Assembly: GCA_051294375.1 (NCBI GenBank)
Contig: JBJCIZ010000239.1
Coordinates: 1,568,581-1,632,580 of the forward strand
Length of the DNA stretch: 64,000 bases
Source of the DNA: Paraspadella gotoi
Taxonomy: Eukaryota > Animalia > Chaetognatha
Reading direction: 5' to 3'
Part shown: positions 54,014 through 64,000 of the stretch, piece after piece
Layout: each line of letters begins with the position of its first letter
Position numbering within the stretch: position 1 is the stretch's first letter
The notes under the pieces: generated by a model
The model's database searches: none
What the model saw: only the letters and a program-made list of their open reading frames with translations
What the model was told of the DNA's origin: nothing
Program-made: the position numbers and the translations under genes

Positions 54014-54811
54014 GAGAAGAGAGAGAGAGAAAGAAAGAAAAAAAGAGAGATCCAACTGGACCAGTAAATAAAGAAGATTAATTTTTTGTTTGTTTTATTT
54101 TCTGCATTTTACGAGTACGACTAGAAAGGCGACCCACGAAGATGACACAAAAGATGGTAAGTTATTAAAACAGAGACAGAGATCGCCGCGATTGATAAAT
54201 GTCCCAGCAAACCGTCAAACCTGCACTGATTCATGAGGTCGATGTACTGATTCCGTCCGATGCCGAGGAGTCGCAGGCAATCAGCGGCGGTGAAGTTGGG
54301 CAAAGCGTCGTAGCTCTTCTCCGCCCCCATGATATCGCTCATCATCCCGATGTAATAGTTAAAGGGAGTCACACGGAGGCCCTTCACCACCACGTCTGTG
54401 AAATGTGGGATGGGGGGTGGTGAAAACTGAAGAGTGACTTTTTTTTAAACAATAATTTTACCGCTCAGATGGTAAGGGTAAAGCATCAAGTGATTCCGAC
54501 TGTATTCCAACAAATCCTCGTAGTATTTGCGTTCATCTTTGCGAATCGTGCGAACCAAGTTTCCCTGTTGAGAGGAATGAATGCAATTATAACTAATTGC
54601 TCAACATGACAACTCCTATCCTCCCACTCCCCCACACCCCAACGCCCCCACTCAATCCCCTCGCCTTGTATCGCAGCTGATTTCGAATGCTGAAGGCAAC
54701 GACCAACTTTTCGAATTCCCGCTGCGAGTTCCCGATGGATTGCTTCACGGTTTGCGGCAGCCGCGCCCACGGACAGTTGAGCTGAATGTGATGCTCCACG
54801 TCGCTGTTCAT
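49940..54811 (-). CDS. FAM91A1: FAM91A1
   Basis: [82 protein letters not shown] and [10 protein letters not shown]. About 12 exons. Confidence 0.95.
52670..52679. other. Assembly gap (10 N) inside FAM91A1
   Basis: Run of N flanked by (ACG)n and (TTG)n. A small exon could be hidden here. Confidence 0.99.
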
Positions 54812-55222
54812 GGCTATTTTTTTTCGTTTCTATCACAGTTGATCGTTCATCGTTCAAAGATGGGGACTCGAGAAGGCGTCATTGTTTTGGTTTTTGTATT
54901 TATTAATTGAAATTGTTTTTTTTAAATAAATTATAAAAGGTTTCGAGATCGACTGGCGAGCGCGGAGGAGTCGCCCCTCTTTTTTAATGGAATGTATTCA
55001 TTGAAGAGAAAGAGAGAGAGAGAGAGAGAGAGACTGTGGGAAACGGAGGGAGAGGGAAGGAAGCGAACAATAATGGGAACATAGCAACATAAAACAAAAC
55101 GAAACAAAGCGGACATTTTTAACGACGATAACAAAAGGCACCTTAAAACAGTCACCGGATGTCTTTAGTCTAGGTTAATTAACTACATGATCATTGATCA
55201 ATCTACACTTGACAGTTTATCG

Positions 55223-57507
<2,285 letters not shown>

Positions 57508-58385
57508 TTGTTTTTTTTTATTTTAAATTTTGGTTTTTATTACGTTTTATTACTTCGGTTAGTTCTTTCTCTGTTTTTTTTTTTTTTTCTCTCTCTGTTT
57601 CGAGAAAAGAAAGATAAATATGTAGAATTGTAGATTGATTGATCGGCCGAGGATTTGTCGGCGTTGAAAGGCTTTCAAGTATCTTGGAAGTATCTAAAAC
57701 CTATGAACCCTGAATACGACCTGACCTCCCACCTATCATAAACTTGTGTATATTGTATATAAATATTACGACCAAACGACTAATGATTGTAGGCGGCCGG
57801 ATGGGGGGGGGGTTGAAGGCAACTCCAAAAACCAAAAAGAAATAACTTAATCACCGGAGTAAAGAGAAAATTCAGAGAATCGAGTTAGTCAAAAAAAAAA
57901 AAAAAAAAAAAAAAAAGAAGGAAAGTCACCCTCTATGTAAAATAGAAAACGCTAACTGTAAAGGAGTAAAACACATTTCATTTATTGTAAAAAAAATGTA
58001 ACAAATCATCGCTGTTGTCGATAAAAAGAAAGAACTACCGAAAAAATAGTGACGGTTATCACTAGCTAGTCTTGCTACAACCACGGAAGGCACGTTAGGC
58101 ACGTTAGGCACGAAACAAATAATTCGCGGGGGAAAAAAAAAAACAAGGCAACTTCATGAAGAGCGAAAGACACAAATCTGTTCCTCCAGAGCGGAGAAAG
58201 TTTAACAACGATAACATCTAAAAATCAATCAGGAATATTGACCCCCAGCTTTTTTTCCCAAACGATCCACTACCAAACGGGCAAAATACATAACGTTTAA
58301 CGGTAAAACAATTCCATTGTTTAACTAACAGAAAACATTTAAGAAAAATAGATAAATGCGAAGCCTGTTAAGACAAAATAAATTG

Positions 58386-58519
58386 TGTAAGAGATGATTA
58401 TTTAATATGATCTTAAATAAAGATTGAATCTCTCAATCTCGTTTACATATTGCAGTATTGAATCTAAACGTGTCTAATTAAGATCATATTAAGATCATAT
58501 TAAATAGTCATCTCTTACA
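58386..58519. mobile_element. Repeat family B MITE with ~31-bp terminal inverted repeats and a possible 4-bp TSD
   Basis: TGTAAGAGATGATTATTTAATATGATCTTAA ... TTAAGATCATATTAAATAGTCATCTCTTACA, flanked on both sides by ATTG. Confidence 0.7.
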
Positions 58520-58563
58520 ATTGCAGCTTGAAAGAATTTGAAGGAGACACTTGAAACGAGTAA

Positions 58564-59904
58564 TCAAGTCTTCGACGTCCTCTGCTTCTGATTCCTGACG
58601 GTCATTCTCTGCCGATTTCTGGCCCTCAGTTCCTCGTTGGCCTTTTTCAACTTGGCCTCCAGTTTGTCGGTCTCTTGTTTGTTTTTGGTCGAAACGCGTT
58701 TTTCCCCCTCGTTCTCTCGCAAACGGCGGAGGCTGCGTGGAAGCGGAGGGGGTTTGGATAATTAGCATTCAAAGTAATATTTAATATTATTAATAATTTT
58801 CTTTCCCCCTCACCTCTGCGAGAGTTTGTAGATCTCGTTCCTCGAGTCCTGCACGGCGGCGTAGATGGAAGACTCGGCTTCCTCCAGCCGCGGGTTCGTA
58901 ATCTCCACGTGGACCAAGAGGCTCGACAGCTCCAACGGCTCGGAGTATCCGTTTTTCAACGGGACGGAACTTCGCGAGGGAGGGAAGGAGGAGGGGAAGG
59001 TGGAGGGGAAGGCCAGAAAAGATTCAAATCGCGGCTCATAGAACCATAGGTTATCAGGGCATAACATAGCGTATCCTCACCGATAGCCGGGGCGAAGGCA
59101 GGGCACGGGGTAAGTAGCTTGTCCGAGTAAGTACGGATCGCCCAGGAGATCGTCGTCCTGCCAAAAATGGCGCCACTTGTGATCATTTATTGATGAATTT
59201 TTAAAAAAATTTCAAAGTTGACCGACCTGGACGGCGAATCTTATGAGCGCGATATCTGGATTTGCCAAATCGAAGACCAAAGGTTCTTCTTTCGACCAAA
59301 CCGGATGCAAACCCTGGATTGAGAAATCACCAGTAAAACTTTATATATTACTATTATATGTATTATATATTATATTATAAATCTACAGAATATGTTTTCT
59401 GATAACTCGTTTTTTGTATTTTTTTTTCCAGAAAGAAAACAGAGCAAACAAATAATTGCGGAAATGGTTGCAAAAGGTTCTTATGTCAAATAAAAGCGAA
59501 CAAAAAAGAAAAAGAAAAGAAAATAGATCAGGGGACAAAGTCCAGCAACTCCATCCACAACTCGATCTTTTTTTTATTAAGTGAAGATTTCATCTCCCGC
59601 ATTGAGTTAAAAAAAAATCCAGGGCAATTATAAACGGCGCAGGGGGAAATCTACAAATGACAATAGACCCAAGCGATGATCGGTTTCGTTCAATCAAAGA
59701 AGGAAGCAAATAATCAAAAAGTTTTCTCCATTACGATTACTGCAATATGCAAATGATATTTAAAGTCTAAAAAGAAAGCAGGCGCCAAACCTGATCCCGA
59801 GACGTCGTCTTCTGAGTGTTACAGTCGTATTCCGCACCCACGATTTCGATTTGGACGAGAGGTTTGGGGATTTCCTGGAAAGGAGAAGAATCTAACACTT
59901 ACAC

Positions 59905-59950
<46 letters not shown>

Positions 59951-60483
59951 GTTGCCGGGTCTGTGAATGTGTCTCCCACTAAGAACGCGAACGGTGATGG
60001 TCATCGGTTCCACAAGATTGGCGACCGTCGTTTGAACTTTCGGGTGATAACTGGAGAAGAAAAAGAAAAAGATGAATTTTTAAAAAAAAAAAAAGTGGTT
60101 TTTTTTAATCTCTTTATCTTAGTCTTAGTCTTAATCTAAAAAATCTACCGACCCTTTTTCCCGCACGTAGTTGGGGATCAACACGTAACCGCGTCGGCCG
60201 TTTTGCAAAAAGCGACCCTCGTTCAACTGAAAACGAAAGGGACCAAGAAAATAGAAGCGGGGGGGGGGTTGAGAGAGAATTTTCCGCCTCAGCCCATTAA
60301 AAAAAAGTCCAGACCTGCATCGACTTGTCCGGCGTTTGATAGTTGAGGGCGCACATTTGGGTCCCGAGAATCCAGGAGGTCATCGGATCATAATTGGATG
60401 AGTCGACTCGATTGCCTGAAGAGGACGATGAGCAATGAGCGTGTGTCTCTCTCTCTCTCTCAATCTATCTCTCTCTCAATCTA

Positions 60484-60538
<55 letters not shown>

Positions 60539-63500
60539 TCGAGGATAGATTCGCGAAAACTGATTGGCGTTGTATTGCAGAAAGACGAGAGCCATGAGGT
60601 CGTCGTTGATGAACTTATCGATTTTGGATTCGACGAGCGACGACATCTCGTAATAATTCCCATCGATTTTTCCCGCGTTGTTTTGCCATTCTTTTTTCAA
60701 TTCGCTTTCCTTATTAAATCGAATTAAATTAATAATTTAATTCGAATCTTATATCAGCAAATAACATTAGCTTTTTTCGTTCCGCTCCTTAAAAATAGTT
60801 TTGACGTTCCCCCTTTCTCTCACTTTCATTTCGTAGTGAAAGGCATGGAATTCTTTCAAATGAAATTAAAAATCCTTAGATTAAATATCCAACGAGATAA
60901 AGATACAATCAAATCGAAAATCTTTAATTCCTTTATTGAATATTGATTCGATATCGGTCCGCCTCGCCTCGCCTCGCGATCTATCGACTACCGCGAACAA
61001 AAGGGCGTTTCGTGGCGAGGCGTCCTCAAGCTAAATCTTCCGATTCATCTACGTATTAATATCGCGCTTCAAAAAAAAAGAGCAACGTCATTTCTCAAGG
61101 GCAGAAAAAGTTCATCGACGGAGACAAACAAATTTGGTTGTCATCTTCTTCCTTCTCCCACCTTGAAAGGAGCCATTCGACAGTAGACGACCAAATCGGA
61201 CAACTCCTGGGCGATTGTTCCGACCTCGCGATGACTCGGCGTCTTCGCCTCCTGCCTGTTGGAACTCGCCAATCTGGCTTGAGCCTCGCGGATCTTGTTC
61301 AACCACTCCTGCAATCATTAATTAAAGGAAGGTGAGATTTGATTCGACCAAAAAATTTATATACAAATAAATAAATAAATACTCGGGTGCTTCGCAAACT
61401 CGCCTGCTTGTCCGCCTCGCTCTCAGCGGCGACGTAGAAAACTCCAGGATTAGGAATTTGATGGGGATGCTCGAGTCTGAAAGCGAAGGGTCGATCACGA
61501 ACCGTTCCCTCGTCCACGGCGATGAGTCCCTTTTAAGTCAAAGGAACAACAAAGGATTAAGTCGTAATTTATACAATATACATAGTACATACATACACTT
61601 CTCATGGTCAGTCTGTTCTGCCAAGTCTCCCTTCACCTCCAACTCGAAGAATCCCGTCTCCAAGTTCTCCATCGACGACTCATCCTCGGCGTCGGAGATG
61701 AAGCCGTTGACGCCCGCGTCGCCGGCGACAGCGCCGACGAGGCTGCGGCGGGAAGCGACCGAGTTTCGGTCGCACGACGGAGGCGGAGGATCGCGGAGTT
61801 CGACGACGAAATTCTCGGGAAAGTAGAAGCCTTTCTTGTCGTCGAGGTCGCCTTGCCACCAACCGCCTTACAGGGTGAAATTGAGATATTAAAGTCGTTT
61901 TTAAATAAAGTTGAAACATATGATTATTAACCAAAACCTTACCCGACCGTTTGACGACGCTGGTGATGACGTCGCCCTTTCTAAAGGTGAGTTCGTCGTT
62001 GCGCTGCGCCTCGTAAGAGTGAATCGCTTTCACGGCTTTCAGCAATTTGTTGGGCTCCACGTAATCTCCGCCCGCGTCGTCGCCTCCGTTTCTCCTCAAC
62101 TCGTTCGCCAACGAAACCATTTCTAAGAAAAGATACATTTCTCAGAAATTGGAAAAGATGGCCAACAAAAGAGCATTTCAATTGTTTTACCCGAAATGAC
62201 GGGGTACTTGAGCTTCACTTTCTTGTAAAGAGGATGCTTTTGGTAGTACTCGACTAACTCGCAAAGGCTGTCAAAACATGCCGAGCCGATCAGGACATTC
62301 TGTTGCCCCATCGGCCCTAGAAAAGAAGCAAAGGAAGGTAAGCGCAATGAATTAAAAACTAAATGAATTACTAAATCGGCTCCATCACTTACCCCTATCA
62401 CTTACCCTCGCCCTCAGTTACGATTCCGCAATGATGAATCCTCCCTTCCGCCCGGAAAGAGACCGCGAATGAGTACTTGGGATTCTCCGAGGGCCTGACG
62501 AGGAAGGCCCCGTCCCTCCTCACGTTGCCGAGCCAATCCTCTGCGGTGCGACGCATAAGGTCGCGGTGCCACCAGGGACGGTGGTCGGGCGAGACGCGGC
62601 GCGGCACGTACTCGCTCAGGATGATTTCCTCTTGGTTCGGGGTCAATAGCCTTGGATAAAAAGTAAAGGTTAATCCGAATCGAGAATCGGGGTTCGAAAG
62701 AACAAAGAGAAAGCAACGCCCACCTGTGAGCCCGATAATAATTGACAAGATCCTGGACGTGATCGAACATGACTCGATCGACGAGGTAATACTTGGTGGC
62801 GCCGTCTTCGCCCGTCATCGATTTGACGCGCCCGTGTTGCACGCGACCGTTCCACCAGAACGACAACGTATAGTTGCCCACGAATTCGCCTTTTGGATAA
62901 TTAAATAATAAAATAATCTAAATCGATTATATATATCAAGACTTCCAGGTTGCGAAGTTTATTTACAGGAGTGGCGCACGAGAAAGGTTCCGTTTCCGTA
63001 TCCAGGCAACGAACCGTAATGCCTCATCAAATCTTGAGCGTCTCTTCGTCCGTCGGGACCGCGAATGGAATCGTGGAACCAAGGCTCGCGGTAGAGGGCT
63101 TCCGTCTGAAATGAAATTTAACGAATTTACATAATATAAATAATGGAACAAACTTGCGAACAAAAGGAGGAAAGAAACAAAGAAAGAAAGCAAAAGAAAA
63201 ACCTGATCTGCGACGCCGTTGTTGTTGTTGTTATCGGCCTCTTCCTCCTCTTCATCGTCCACATCCTTGAAGCAGAGACCCGAGTTAGTGAGCGCGAACT
63301 CATGCGGATGCCAATGATCGAGCAGGGCCTCGAAGTAATGAAGGGTGCCCGTCTTGAGGTGCTCCGAGTTGCCCGCTTTATCCCCGTACGGGCGGAACAT
63401 CAAGGCCTCGGGATCCTCGGGCAGCTTCTTGTGTTTGATGAGGATTTTGCGACGGAGTTGGTTGGGAGAGGGAAGGCTCGTGGCGCTGTGAAGAAGTTTA

Positions 63501-64000
63501 TAAAAGTATTTTTACATTTTTACAAAATACTAAACCATTCAAGGTTTTTGTTTCCCACCTCCGGTCGATGGGTTTGTCGAGGAGCATGTCTCCGAACTGA
63601 TCTTTCATGATAGAGACGATCGTCTTTTGTTGGGCAATATCACAGTGGTTTTCTGCGGATAAATAATATTTACTCGTAATGTATCAAATAGTAAATATAA
63701 TCGGATAAATCCTATATCCCCAGTCTCCATTTTTCTTTTCCCCGTTTGCTCGACGTACCGATAGATAGGATGAGCGGAAAGTCGGTAGTTTCGAAGGCGT
63801 GGCGTTTGATCGTGGCGATGACGGGGGAGAAGCTCAAACGGGTCGTCAACGTGAACCTAGAGACCGGGGAAAAAAGTTAGGATAGGTTTATAGGATTCTC
63901 TCAGGCGTCAAAGAGACTGACCCGTGATAAATGTGAGGTTCTCCGTTGGGTCCGTTCCAGCAATCTAACTCGATACAGCGACAGCCCATGCGAAGCGCGC
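58564..64000 (-). CDS. PLCG: Phospholipase C gamma, 3' part (5' end beyond right edge)
   Basis: X-box (YHGFTLTT, PLILSIENHC), two SH2 domains, SH3 ([19 protein letters not shown]), split PH, Y-box ([21 protein letters not shown]) and C2 ([21 protein letters not shown]). Confidence 0.95.

Overview
Gene-dense, intron-containing genomic DNA from an animal; the STAT, CARD caspase, PLC-gamma and PPP1R15 genes support this, but the species cannot be named from sequence alone. Exons are GC/CpG-rich and introns are short and AT-rich. I rebuilt 21 conventional protein-coding genes by hand and all lie on the minus strand. In transcription order: PLCG, DHPS, FAM91A1, HACD, SNRPD1, RWDD3, EIF2B4, CARD caspase, tandem Cys/His-domain protein, STAT, CIROP/LMLN-like, PPP1R15, FANCL, NEPRO, RDH-like SDR, UQCC4, orphan 655 aa, KYAT, WDR37, AIMP2, KDM2. 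Several stop-to-ATG gaps are only 83-155 nt, lack AATAAA, and end in a U-rich tract plus an apparently unpaired AG just before the ATG. This is the expected signature of a long directional, polycistronic cluster resolved by spliced-leader trans-splicing. The only plus-strand gene is a Cys-rich protamine-like gene nested in an intron. Also found: a PPW-containing 51-aa uORF on PPP1R15, a 39-aa smORF missing from the ORF track, a structured intronic repeat sitting near 3' splice sites, a TGT...ACA MITE family, and three GC-AG introns. All gene identities come from motif recognition and manual splicing, not database searches.
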